Origin: Camelus dromedarius
Taxonomy: Eukaryota
DNA: 64,000 bases
Direction of reading: 5' to 3'
Assembly: GCF_036321535.1 (NCBI RefSeq)
Contig: NC_087437.1
Location: forward strand, 30,134,001-30,198,000
Shown here in pieces: positions 36,625 to 50,004 of the stretch (the stretch's first letter is position 1; every line of letters begins with the position of its first letter). The translations under genes and the position numbers were made by a program. The notes below the pieces were generated by a model. That model ran no database searches. It was given only the letters and a program-made list of their open reading frames with translations, and had not been told where the DNA came from.

Positions 36625-37159
36625 CATATTTTATAATTTGGAGAAAATTTCTCATCAAGCCTTTGATATGTGATTTATATTATTGTAGGAACTCTTATTA
36701 TTTGGATGAAATGGTCAAATATTTTGATTACTATGTGTATTATTAGATGGACTTCACTCATAATGAATATACATAGTTCTGAAAATGACAAATGAAAACT
36801 ACACAAGTATTTCCAGCTTTGCAAAGTTAGAACAGCCGATTTAGTAATCAGCTGAAAAAAATACCAGGAAGCAAATTTATTCTTTAAATTTATAGTTAAG
36901 TTTGGAAAAAAAATATTAAAAGTTATGTAATCTAAACTCTCAGGCAAAAAAGAAAACTTCTTATTTTCTTGATAGCTCATTCTAAATTTATTTATTAGAG
37001 GTTCTTCTGTAATTCCTATCCCTTGCTTCTAGTTTTGCTATCTGAAGTTCTGCAAGATATGTCTAATATTTTCTCTTTCACTTCATAGTTCTTAAATCTT
37101 TGAAGATAGCTTTTATAATCTAGTTAAGTCATATCTTTTCCAGTTTTTCATTCATATTC

Positions 37160-37260
37160 ATTTTTTTAACTTATTCAACATATATTTATTGAGCACTTGT
37201 TATGTGCTGAATAATGTTCTAAAATACAGCCCATGCCGTCATAGAGCTTACATTGAAATA
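37160..37260 (-). mobile_element. L2 3' end
   Basis: 'attcaacatatatttattgagcacttgttatgtgc'. Confidence 0.7.
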
Positions 37261-38769
37261 GTTAAAAATTCCTCATATTACATAATTTTTTACTCTTTAT
37301 CAATTTACTGAGACTTCTATATTTCTTAGTTTCCTCTTTTAGTGATTTGTCTAGAATAAACGCAATGTGCTAGGTATGTGATCTAACCAGTGTAGCTGTG
37401 GTCATGATCCATGTGTTCTTTGTTCACATAGAAACATTTTTACATTGAAATCAATTACATTCCAGGAACTAAATTCAAATATAATCGAATGATGGCCTAC
37501 ATTGTAAGCAGCAACATAAAAAAATGTCATCTGATAACATTTCATATTGTATCAGGAGGTAGCCTAGGAAAAGAATTTGAGAGCAGAAGTCATAACAGCA
37601 GAGAGGTAGTTAGACTGTAGAACTTTCTGAAATACTTTTTAAGCAAACCAGTTTGTAACAGAACTAGTCTTGAAATATTCAAGTGCATACATAGAGGCCA
37701 GGATTATTACTGGAGGGGACCTGTCAATTGGATGTCTTCTTACGTTACAGTTGACCTGTTTTCTCTTCATGTTCTATGTCCCATTTATATAACATCATGT
37801 TGTTTGGGGTTGTAGCCTTTACATTATAGTAATTCTCACAGATAGGATAGGAGCCCATGCTCTTACCTATTAAAAATGTAAATGATGACTGAGAAATTCT
37901 GAATATGATTTATGTCTTCAGTGACTTGGATATGAATGCTTATCAATAAATAATGGGCAGTTGTAGTAGGAATGGAATTTCCCACTCCATATTCCAACTG
38001 GAGTTGCAATTACATGTCGAATAGCACAATTTTTCTTATCTTTTTTCCCTCTGCTTATGATATTGAAAGTAAATCTTAAAAGTCAGTTTAGAATGACTAA
38101 AAAATGAGTCATTGGATTAGAATTTGGATGCCTGCTGCCTCTCTCTGAAGAGGAAAATAGAGGGCAGTTAACCATAATTCGTAGTTCACTGACTTAGGCA
38201 GTAAATTTTTTGTAATAAGAAACTTTCCTGGGAAACAAATGAAAGCTCTGACATGTCCCCAAAGATCCGTGAAATGCTGATGGGATCTGCTCTTATTTCT
38301 ATAGGAATGTGGTATAATAGAGTAAGCAGTGCTTAGCATTGCATCAAGAGGCTGTTTTTCATCTCTTGAGCCAGTAACTCCTTTAAATTTCTTATGAAGC
38401 AAGCAAAAAAATTTTCCCCTATAAAACTGAATAGGCAGTGGTTTTGTTCAACTATGCAGTAATACAAACGTCCATATCACACACATTTTATATTTTAGGT
38501 GCCAATAAGTATCCTGAAACCATTTAAGTTTGTTTCACAAGGAATAAAATTGTATATTCTCTTAGTAATAGACTCATAATAAGAACATACTGCTATTTTA
38601 AAATTATTTTATGCCTATTTAAAATACAACATTAGGGTGATCATTTTAATGTTTATTTCCCTTTCTTTATTATTATAAAATTATATTGTCTAATTCTTGA
38701 TTTTTTTGTATTTGCATTTAAATCGTTAATTTTTACAGTGGCTTGCCTTGTTCGTAAAGGTAGCCATTT

Positions 38770-39230
38770 TCACTCATTCAGTTATTCATCTGCTCATTTA
38801 TTTAACAATTACTTATAGAATGCTTATGTGGCTAGAATAGTGTTGGGCACCATGGATGCAACGGAAAGTTCCAAATAGGGATAAACAGAACACAAAATTA
38901 TGCAAGATTGTAGAATGCATGGTTAAGATCTGGAACTGGAGAGTTTAACAGGAACCAGATCATGAACGTGCAGCTAAGAGTTTGTGCTTCATCTCAGGGG
39001 CAGTGGGGAACTCTTAAGAGCTTAATTGGGAGATTGACATGATTAGATAAGTATTTTAGAAAGATCACTTTTGGCTGCCATGCAGAGAATGGGCTACAAA
39101 GAAACTGGAAGTACAGCAACTAGTTAGGAAGCTGTTGTAATAATTCAGGCAAAGGTGATGGTGTCCACAGTAGGTAGAGGCAGCTTATGGACAGGTCTGC
39201 TCATCGGAGAATATGAGTAGAGTTAAAAGG
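38770..39230 (-). mobile_element. L2 fragment
   Basis: 'ttttagaaagatcactttt ggctgc...agttaggaagctgttgtaataattcaggc'. Confidence 0.7.
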
Positions 39231-40574
39231 AAAGAGAATCTGAAATTCTTAGGAAAATGAGAGATAGGTTGAGGAGAGAGAATCCAAAATGAAGGGCACA
39301 AGGAGTAGCTAGAGAGGCTGGAGTGAAGCTGGGAGATTATTTTGAGGGAGCCCAAAACTAAATGTTGCACGTATTACTTATGTGCCTGGGGAGAAAAGTG
39401 TCTTGACGTTTGTATTAAGTGAAAATTAAATGGTGGTTCCCCTTTTTAAACAAAGCAAAGGCGTAACATCTAATGAATTATCACTACTGCTTGGTCAATT
39501 GTCAATAGGATGATAAATTTTTTGGGAAAAGGAATTGGGGCAAACCTTGATGGAGGACTCTTTAAGAGATTTCTTGGGATTCATACGGGCAGTGAGACTA
39601 ATCTATCAGTATCATTATGCTGTTTCAGGGATGCAGTGATGATAAATGTGGATATGGGATAGTTCCAGAGACTCTCTATCATTAATTAGCACCTTACAGT
39701 TATCTTCAGACATTTATTAACAACGTTTAGATTTGGCTATAACTATCTATTATAGTCCTTTTAAGTAGAAGGCTTCTAAATCCTGGCAGTTGTTTTCATT
39801 AGCTGCCAAATGAAGAGAAATATGACCATGTGCTGTACAATTCAGAAAAGCTAGCAGCACTTCTTCTTTCCCAAATGTTCACTTAACTGCAGGAAAAAGC
39901 AACAATGAAATTTGAAAAGAACTGCTTTTCATTCAGATCTCCATTTCAAAGAACATTTTATGAGATTACCTACTGTGCTAATGAGGCACCTTCAAAGGAC
40001 GTTTAAATATCTTTACATTTTTCATCAGTAATGTCTAATTGGTATGATCAGATTATGATTTTTTCAGTATCTATATTATAAAATTCTTAAAATAATCCTG
40101 TGACTTCAAGATTTGCTGTAACTCCAGTTAACCATTAAGGGGCCAGAGGCCCCAAGTGGTTCCATTTACACATCTACAAGTGGAGGGACTGGTATTCAAA
40201 TCAGTATTCAAATACTCTAGTGTCTAGTCATTCAGCCTTTCCAATGTTTTTAATATGTACTTGTTTGTCTTTTGAATCCACATCCCCATCTACAAAAAAA
40301 GCCTGATCTGTAACAGCTCCTGTCTTCATTCAAGGGCTTCTGACGTGCCTTCTTAGAGTTCTTGTAGCTCCACAAAGCTAATTTAAACTATGTGCTGGCA
40401 ACGAACCTGCCTCCTAGTTTGATGAATTGGGGCTCTAGTGCAAAGGAAGACGGATGGAAGAAAAAAATTTAACTTGATTCATTGATGGTTTTAAAAGATG
40501 ATTTGTGTTTACTGAATACAGTTCAATGTTGTCTGGAAATTTTTTGAAATATATACTTCTGCCATCACTTAAAA

Positions 40575-41830
40575 ACAACTTTTAATTCTGAAGTAATTCT
40601 AGTATTAACGAAAAGTTGCAAAAATAGATCAGGAAACTCCTATATTCTCTCACCTGTGTTGACATCTCACATAACCATACATCAAAACCAGAAACTTAAA
40701 TTGATGATTACTATTAAGTAAACTACAGGCTTTATTTTTGCACCAGTTTTTCCCAACAACCTCTTTTTTCTGTTCCATAATCCAGTCCTGCATCCCACAC
40801 TGCATTTAGTTGTTGGGTTTCCTCACTGTCCTCCAATCTGTGACAGTTCCTCAGTCCTTCCTTGTCTTTCATCATCTTGATACTACAGAAAGTACTGGTC
40901 AGTTATTTTGTAGACTGTGTCCCTATTTGGGTTCATGTAATGTTTCTCAAAATTAGATTGATGTAATGTATTTTTGGCAAGAACACCACTGAAGTGATAT
41001 TGTGTCCTTCTCAGTGAATCACAGCAAGGAGTAGTACATAATGCCACTGTATCGTACTGGTGATGTTGGCTTTGGTCACTTAGTTAAGGTAGTATCAGTC
41101 AAGTTTCTCCACTGTAAAATTACTATTTTCCCTTTTATAATTAATAGATATTTTTGGAGGGAAGAACACCTTGAGACTGTGCAAATATCCTATTTCTCCT
41201 TAAACTTTCACCTACAAATTTTAGCATTCACTGGTGGATATTGCTTGAAACAATTGTTATTGTGGTATTGGTCTCATTTGATTTTGTATTTCCCATCTAC
41301 ATTTATTAATTAGAATTCTTCTGTGTGAAACAGGTGGCCTTTTCCAGGTTTATTTACTTATTGAATTATTTATATTTATCCGTATGGATTCATGTATATT
41401 TATTTTATTCTATAAGTTACAGTCCAATATCATTGTTATATACTTTATTTATCATATTATTCTAACTTCAGTCATTGGGAGCTCTTCAGGTTGACTCCTG
41501 TGTCCTTTTGATATACCCTCATTCCATTGCTTTTTGAATAATTTTTTTACTTCCTGAAAACAAAATCCTCCTGGCTCATTTTGCATTTTCCTTGCCTCAG
41601 TCCTAGAATCAACCAATTTTTCAAAAAGCTCAGGTTCCTTTTGTGGAGAACAGTATTTAGAAACCAGGATCTGGCTGACAGGTATGTGTCATTCCTAGGC
41701 CCTCTCAGTGGACAAAGCTTGGACATATATGTATATATGCTAATTCATGCATACATACACCTGTATTTCTTTCTGCGTCCCTCCATTAAACACACACACA
41801 CACACACAAATACAAGTTTATACTGATAAC
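40575..41830 (-). mobile_element. Old L1 (L1MC/MD-like) 3' region
   Basis: 'aaaagttgcaaaaatag', 'tactggtcagttattttgtaga', 'tttctccactgtaaaattact', 'gtatttagaaaccaggatctgg'. Confidence 0.85.
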
Positions 41831-42099
41831 TCAAGCATCAGGTGGGCTGAATTGATCAAATAAACTATTCTAACTGAAGTCCTTGAAAACTGAAATTTTC
41901 ACGTTTTCCAGCTCCAAGTACACTAGGCTCTAAGTGAAGAATTTGCGTTGCGTTTCCACATTTGCCAGAAAACAGCTCTATTACCTTGATCTCTCCCTTT
42001 CTGCCTGCTGACCTGGAAAAGTGAAATAACATCTGCCCTATCCAGGTTACCAGTTGGTTGCAGGGATTTAATAAAAGTCTTGATTTTGTCTCTACTTCT

Positions 42100-43890
42100 C
42101 TGTCAGTGTCTCTCTGTTTTCCTTTATAGCCAGTCTTCTTCCCTGCCTCTAGCCTTGTTGCTCAGAAAACTCTTTTCCATACTGAATTAGAATGATCAAT
42201 CAGAAATGAAAACTGTTTCTCATTTCTCTTCTTGTTTAAACTTGCAATAGCTTTTTATCTGCTAAAAAATAAGATCTAAGGACATGACATAGCAAACAAG
42301 ACTCTCTATGGTCTAAGTCTTTCATATCTACAAGTCTCATCTCCTTATTTTCTACCTTCCTATTTTATGCTCTAATATTATAAGATGGTTTGATATCATC
42401 TTCCTTTGCCAATGGAAGTCTTTCTTCAGCTCTTTGTTTTTGTGATACTATTTGGCCAGATTTGGATTGAGGCATTCTTGACAGTTTCTTCCAGCTAACT
42501 CTTGTGTAAATTTTAAGAATCAGTTTGGTGTCATGCACCCTTATATGTTGTCATGTGCTTGGTCCCTGACACTTGGTCCATTCAGTCAATTCTCTCTCTT
42601 TTTTTTTAAATTCAGTCAATTCTTGATGAGCTTGATGAGTTGTCTCCTTTTTCTGTTACCACTTTCTTATTATTTCTGATGCCTGATACCTGAAGCCATT
42701 GTAGTTTGCTTTTTGTCTCCGTTAATTATCTAAAATTGCTCTTGATAAAGTACTAATTGCCAAAATCATAGACACATTTTAGTCCTCATCTAACTTTACC
42801 CTAAAGAGTGTTGGGTGCTAAGGATAGTTTATTGTAGTTGCCATGCATAGGGTCACATTGGTGATGCACGAATGGAGGTGGTTTATTTGAGAGAAGATCA
42901 GTGCTGAGAAACAAGGCTGCAGATGTAAACCAAGGCCACGTGTTATAGAAATCAGTAGGCCATGTTAAGGAGATCAAATTTATCCTGAAAACAGTGGAGA
43001 GCCCTGTAAAAGATTTAAATAAAGAAGGTTGTATTTTAGAAACATAATTGTGAATGAATTTGTCAAGAGTAGAGGGCATGTCAAAATGAAATGGAGCAAT
43101 CCTGAGAATAGAAGAAGGGAAATTAGGTTGTCGTGTAATCCTCAGATGTTATTATGATTTATCTAAACTATGGTAGCAAAAGTATGAAGAAAATAGAAGT
43201 ACTCAACAGATATAGTAGATAGAATCATTTGATGATGAACTGAAAGTGGAGGATGAGTCTGAAGAAGAGATAACAGACTTTTAGGTTCTTATTAAATGAT
43301 AGAGGAATTCCCTGAGATTGGGATACAAGAGTAGAAGTGGATTTGGGGGAAGACAATGGTGAGTTTATTTGGAAATGTTGAGTTCAGGATATCTGTGAAA
43401 CATCTAAATGGAGCTGTCTCACTGGCAGCCCCATGTGTGACTAAAGCCTGAAATACAGGTGTGGGCATGAGATGCGGGTTTTGAAATCAATAGCGTGTTG
43501 ATGGTAAATGAATCCATGGTCGTTGATAAGATACCCCGGGATGTCTGTGAAATGAAAAGGGATCTAACACCTTCCACTGCCTTTCCCTTTCATCTTAGTG
43601 AATAGAACCACCACTCACCCATTCACCCAGCTGGAAACCTTAGAGTCATGCTCAGCTACATACTATCACCTCTTCAACTCATGCTTAACTCGCTCTCCTG
43701 CTTATGTCTTCCTTATTCTGACCATCTCTGCCTTTGCTCAGGCTCTTAGAATGTCTCTCATGGACCAATTATTATAGTTCTTACTGGTCTTCATGCTGTC
43801 AGCTTAACCTCTTCAAAACCATCTATCTTATGCATTTTATAACCCTAGAATCTGCACATTATTTATAAAAATATTTATGAGTGAATAAAT
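42100..43890. mobile_element. Cluster of L2 fragments (+ ~42100-42800, - ~42800-43500, + ~43510-43890)
   Basis: L2-like phrases in alternating orientation, e.g. 'atgttgagttcaggatatctgtgaaacatctaaatggag' (-) and 'agctggaaaccttagagtcat' (+). Confidence 0.6.
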
Positions 43891-44847
43891 ATATTCTTGA
43901 AAAGTATAAAGTGCTAAAGAAATAGAAACTAATGAATTTTAACTGAGGTTGAAATCTCAATTCTCTTTAGAAGCTCTGTTCTATAACAATTTATAGGTGA
44001 GATTAAAATATTAATGTCTATTTCCTTTGTGGGTACTTAATACCACCTATCACAGGTAAAAGGAAAACTACCTCTCAGAGTAATTTTTAAAAAACGTATA
44101 ATTATTATGTGGGGGTGTGCCATGGAAAGCAATCTGGATAAGGGAATAAAAGCTGTTGTCTTGAGGCAAGAGAAACAAAGGAAGAAAGTCAGAGAAGACC
44201 TATCGTAGTGACTCTAACTGACCCTAAATTTCTGACATAATCTTAGAGGTTCTAACCCAAGCATTTGCAATGGGCCAGCAGTCAATGTGCGTCCTCTTGA
44301 GCTGGCAGCCACTGCAAGATGTTAGGGAGCCTTTCTTTGGTATGTACCACTTGGCCACAAGCCAGCATTCATACACAGTAGTCTTTTGGTGAATATTAAT
44401 GGCTGATGGTTTTAAGAGAATGGATTAAGCAATGAATGTAGATATTTTTAGATACTTAGCATTATGCATAGAGAAGGCCAAAGAAGAGCAGATAAACTTT
44501 AAAATGGTCTACCTGAATCCTTTTGAGAGTTTGTTGAAAAGTAGGACCAAGACAAAGGTAAAAAGCAAAGAAAATATCAAAACTTATTTTTATTTAAAAA
44601 CACTTTTGTGAATAAAATTTCTTAACCGATTGAATAGATTTTCATTTTTCTTGCTACTCTACTCCTTTTCTTTGTGTCAAATGCCCAGAGACAATTTTGG
44701 TTTTCTTTTTGTATGGAGAGTTTTATTTTCATACCATCAGACAGAGAGCACTCTAAAAAACATTAGAAGATAGACATTTAATTCAGTCTCTAAATGGCAA
44801 CTTTGCTTATAAATACAGTGTATTTTACAATGCTAAGAACTTAATCT

Positions 44848-44989
44848 CTTTTTCTTGCCTGACTGCTCTAGCTAGGACTTTCAGGCTGATGTCAAATAGC
44901 AGTGGCAAAAGTGAGCATTCTTGTCTTATTCCTGAGCTAAGGGAGAAAGCTTTCAATCTTATCACCACTGACTATGATGTCATCTGTGG
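44848..44989 (-). mobile_element. Isolated internal L1 ORF2 (RT) fragment
   Basis: 'tcttgcctgactgctctagctaggactttc...cattcttgtcttattcctgagctaagggagaaagctttc' is the antisense of the same RT segment seen at 49170-49275. Confidence 0.85.
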
Positions 44990-45420
44990 CAAAAGCAACA
45001 TAAAAGATTCTCACTAGTTTAAATTAGAAAGTGAATTTTTTTTTTTTAAATAATATTAAGCTATCTCATGGAACCAAAAAGAGATGGATAATGAAGAATC
45101 AGGAAGATCATTACCTCACAGACCCTATCTGAACAATTTTCATTTAAAATGACTCAGCTCTTACAGCATTCTGCTTCTGGATCCCTTTGTTATGAATATT
45201 ATAGACCTGAGAAAGAAAAAAAAAAAAAAGGAGAATGTGATTGGCTCCACTCATATCACATGTCCACTGCTGGACCATTCAGCCAAGGTGAGATATAGGG
45301 TGATATAGTAAAGGCAGAGCTATTAGCCCTGTTTGCCAGGAACTGTTCTCAGAGAAGGAAGAACCACTGTGGGCTTACAATATTCTGCCCCAAAGATCAA
45401 GAGCCATAGGAAATGCTAAC
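44990..45420 (-). mobile_element. Old MLT1-type MaLR LTR fragment
   Basis: 'aagcaacataaaa...ctagtttaa...gagaatgtgattggc...tcacatgtccac...ggaccattcagc'. Confidence 0.55.
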
Positions 45421-45829
45421 ATAGAAATAGTGTTTGTATTACTAAATTCATGCTTTAAATTTTATTTAGTAGGCCACTGGTCTTTGCCTCTTCATCTGTA
45501 TTGTCAAAGGCACTAAAAACTTTGGAATTTTTTGCATTGAAGTTTCTTAGCATTGATTTATTATACTTAGTTCCTCTGAAGGTGTTGAGCTAGTTGCATT
45601 TCAGAATAATTCAAGTGGCAACTCCATTTAAAAATAGATTCAAGAAGAAAAAGAACTGGCATAACTGCAAAGAATAAACAAAAATCTCAGGATATAGCAA
45701 GTGTAAATTTTGAAAGACTATAAAAATAATACAGATTAAGAATAATTCTAAAAAAGAGATGTTTGAGGTATATTGGAGTAGATTCTTACTTCCTCCTTAC
45801 CCTGCTAAATATTTTTAGTAGCAATTATG

Positions 45830-46000
45830 CAACTTGACATTATAGTTAATGATTAATTTGTATACTTATTGTCTTCCTACTCCAGTAACACTTAAACACT
45901 GTAGCAGTAAAGCCTGCTGGTTATTACCATTCCCTTCGCTCCTAGAACACTGTCTGGCACATAGAAGGCACTAAATAAATATTTTTTAAGTGACCTAAGT
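45830..46000 (+). mobile_element. L2 3' end
   Basis: 'cctagaacactgtctggcacatagaaggcactaaataaatatt'. Confidence 0.7.
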
Positions 46001-49000
46001 GATGAACCAAAATATTAAACTCTCTGTCTACTTTCTTGTTGCCAGGACCAAATAAAAATGTTGTGTGGAGACTTAGAGCTGAAAATGACCTTGGGAATTA
46101 TTTCAGTTTTTTTTTTTTTTACTTTACAATGGAAATAATTGAGGTCCCTGTAAATGTATCCTTGGCCTAGGAGACTACAGGAAAAGATAATGGTGTCAAA
46201 TTCAGAAAGTCACCTACAACTGGATTTCCTTTAAGAATACAAATGTACTCTGTTAACGTCAAGTGAATCATAAGACATCTATTCACCGGTAAGGAAATTG
46301 TATAACTGCTACTTCTGTATAACTGCTACCTTAACTCCTCAAGAAGCACACAAATCCCCTTAAGTTCTGAATATAAATATAAAACATAAATATGTTTATT
46401 AAAAACTAAAATTCAGAGCACCTGAAATGTACTCTATAGAGACTTCGAATATATATTAAAATATTAAATATACACATGAGTATTTTATATGCCTAGATTT
46501 TATTCAGTGCAGCATTATGTGAAGCTTCTGAAAGATCAAGGTATGATAACATCCTGGACATTGGGCCCGTCTGGATTAATCTTCCCATGTCTTAACTTTT
46601 TTTTAATTCAAGCAGTTGTGATATAAAGATCCATTATTAATTAAAGGGTTCATTAATACTTAATGCTGGGCAAAAATTTGGCAATTACTTTGGAAAACTA
46701 CTTTTACATTTCTAAGATGTGTGACTTATTTGTTTCCTGGCTTAGAATGTTGGCTTTGATTTATAGCATTTATTAAGTAATTTTTTAGAACATGAGCTGT
46801 TTGTTAGATGGAAACAATTCTGTAATGCAGACATAAATATTTTAAAATTGAAATTGATTATGACAAATGGGTATTTTATAGTGAGATTTTATGAATGATT
46901 ACAATAAAAACCTCCAGGGCAGCAGTGAATCCTAGTATTTTGTATGTATATTGTTGGGTTACTGCATTCATTGTTAAAGCCAGTCTTGTGGCTCCTGCTA
47001 CATGTTGCATCTCCTTATTTATTAATAATTTTCAACTGATGCTTGTTCTAGTGGTCCCAGGTCTGAGTTTTGCTGCTTTCTCTGTTTCTTTTGGAAATGA
47101 GAGGTAGGCAGCAGCCTACCTGGGATCTAAGATAGCAGAAAGAGCCAATGAAAGTAATCTCTTTCTTTTTTATGATCTTCCACAATCCAGTAAACAGGAT
47201 TTTGTGCCCAGCCTTTATGCATGCTTCTAGAGCTCTTGTTAATAGCTTCTGAATATCAGGCATGCCAAATCCCTCTAACATTCATACAATAAGTAGCTTG
47301 TTAGCAATGTAAATATTCTGTGAGCCATGAAGTAAGTATTCAGGGCACTGGGTTTTCAGGCATTTGTGTGTTTCAGCTGATGAATATTTAATCCTATTGA
47401 GCACTTGGAGAAAATGTAAAAGCTTTGCAAAAAATCCGATTTTAAAAATTAGGGCTTCTTGTACATTCTTGTTCTGAAAGTCTTTGAATTTATTATTTTG
47501 AACGGTTAAGGAGGGGAAATAGGTTTTAAGTCTGTTACTGGAAATTTCTTGGGATTTTTTTGGAGGGTGGTGAACAATAAGTGTAATTGCCCTTGTCTTT
47601 CTGTTGAAAACAAGAGCCTCTTGGGTCTTCTACTTGCGACTGGCAAAGAGTGCTCTAATGTTCTTATTTTATTCCTAAGTCTCTGATAGGGATGGTAATG
47701 GAGACTTTGTTATGAACAGACTGAATGGCATCTCTTTTAATCATCACAATTCTTTTTCTTACAAGAATCTTACAAATCTACTAGTCAGAATTACCAAAAT
47801 GATGAACATATAATGGTAAAGACATTTTATAGACTGTAGGTGGGAGAGGAGTGCTTCACTTTCTCTCCTCCAAAATATCCCTGAGCAGTTACCCAATTCA
47901 ACCACATGACTGTGTGTGTAGTACTTTTCCCCTTCTCTGTTTTACATTTCATTATTCTTCACTTGGGCTCCTTAGTTAAGTGATCATCATTTCCTAATTT
48001 CCCATCTTTTTCAATAATACTTGGAATACTCTTAACCATTTTAGTCCTTTACGTCATGCCCTGTCCTCATTTAAAGAATAAAGGATGGTGAAGAGTAAAT
48101 GTTGTTCAGTAGTTTTAGGAAATAGAAAAAGATTGAAAAAGAGAAAACTTAGGGGAATGACAACTTAGATGATCTGATACTTCTCTGTCATATTAACGTT
48201 CAATCTGTTGTGTTTGGATAATTATTTCTAATATTTTATAAAAGACAATGAGAGATTAAGGAGTAAGTACAGGGAACTGTGGAGATGCTGAAAGCACTGA
48301 CCGGACAGTACTGGATCCAGCTTGATCTTGTTCTGAATTTGTATATTTGCATTCTACAATGTCTAAATCTCTTCTCAGAATGCCCAAGGAATGGAAGAAA
48401 GTGCTAGAAGGTCCAAATGAAAGAGCAGAAGGAAAGCTAAAGCCTCTTTGGGTTACAGTCTTCATATATTACTATTATTTTATATTGGATTAAACATTTC
48501 ATCTTCCTTCTCAGTAAATCTTTCAGATGGAACAAATGGCTTCAGACTTTGAACAAGAGTTGCTGGAAACCAGTAAGAACTTCAAGGGAGAATTCACTAA
48601 AACAAGGATTATTTCTTGAAAACATTTCTTGGGGACAAAAGGAGTAAATTATGAGAAGAAATGATGCATTTTTTTCAGTTCTGTTCACATCACTACTGTT
48701 CCTGCGTATTAGACAAAACTGAAAATAAGTAGTTTTTTTCATTGAGGCCATAACCTTTCATAGCTTGATATAAATCAAGACCTATATATTAATGACATTA
48801 CAGCCAGTAAAAGCAGAGTGAAATAACAAAGTCATTTTGTAGGATTTCCTTGCCAAACCAATTGTCAATTATTATTCATTGCAGTAGAACTTGCCACTTG
48901 CTGAAACAATTTCTGTGAGAGAAAAACAAGAACAAGGTGAAAGCAAGAGAAATATAAAAGGTACAACTGTCAGTAAAAGAAAAACTCATTCAAACTAGCT

Positions 49001-49009
49001 TAAATTTTA

Positions 49010-49998
49010 AAAAGGATTATCTCAGTAGGAACAGAAAGTGCATATGGCAAAATCCAAACTCCTTTTCATGATGAAACACTAAAAAAAGTTGAAATAGAAG
49101 GGACCTTCTTCAACAAGATAAAGGACATTTATGAAATACCCACAGCTAACATCATATTCAACATAAAAAACTGAAAGCTTTCTCCCTTAGCTCAGGAATA
49201 AGACAAGGATGTTCATTTTTGTCACTACTATTCAACATTATCCTGGAAGTCCTAGCTAGAGCAATAAAGCAAGAAAAAGAAATAAAGTTACCTAAATTGG
49301 AATGGAAGAAGTAAAATTATCTCTATTCATAGATATGTTTCTGTATGAAGGAAATCACAAAGAATTAACCAAAAATATTATTAGAGCTAATAAATAAATT
49401 CAGCAAAGTGGCAGCATGTAAGATAAACTTACAAACCTCAGCTGTATTTTTCACACCAGCATAAAACAATCCAAAGAAACTTATGAACACAATTCCATAT
49501 ATAATAGCATCCAAAATAATAAAACACTTAAGAATAAATTTAACCAAGAAGATGAAAGTCTTGTGAATTGAAAGCTACAAATTGCTGAAACAACTTAAAG
49601 ATCTAACTAAATTAAAAGACATCCCATGTTCATAGATTGGAAGACAATATTTTAAGATGGCAGTACCTTCCCTAATGATCTACAGATTCAATGCAAACTT
49701 TATCAAAATTACAGTGGTCTTTTTAATGAAAATGGAAAAGCTGATCTTCAAATTCATATTGAATTGCAGAAGGCCCAACATAGCCAAAAACAATATTGAA
49801 AAAGAAAAACAAAGTTGGAGGACTCGTGTGTCCCAAATTAAAAACTTACTAACAAGTTATAGTAATCAAAACAGAGTGGTACTGGCATAAGGATAAACAT
49901 GTGGACCAAAGAACAGAATTGAGAATCTAGAAATAAACCCAAACTTCTATGACCAATTGATTTTCAACAAGGGTGCCAAGGTCATTCAATGGGGAAAG
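49010..49998 (+). mobile_element. L1 ORF2 internal fragment (RT region onward), older subfamily
   Basis: 'ctgaaagctttctccctt...aggaataagacaaggatg', and ORF 49657-49890 containing IYRFNA...MEKLIFKFI. Confidence 0.9.
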
Positions 49999-50004
49999 AG
50001 GAGT

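Noticed and set aside
46299..46329. Direct repeat tgtataactgctac x2
   Set aside because: Ordinary short slippage duplication. Similar ones occur at ~25757, ~56748 and ~63780.
47102..47121. Hairpin aggtaggc-agca-gcctacct
   Set aside because: An 8-bp stem is expected by chance in 64 kb and is too short for a pre-miRNA.
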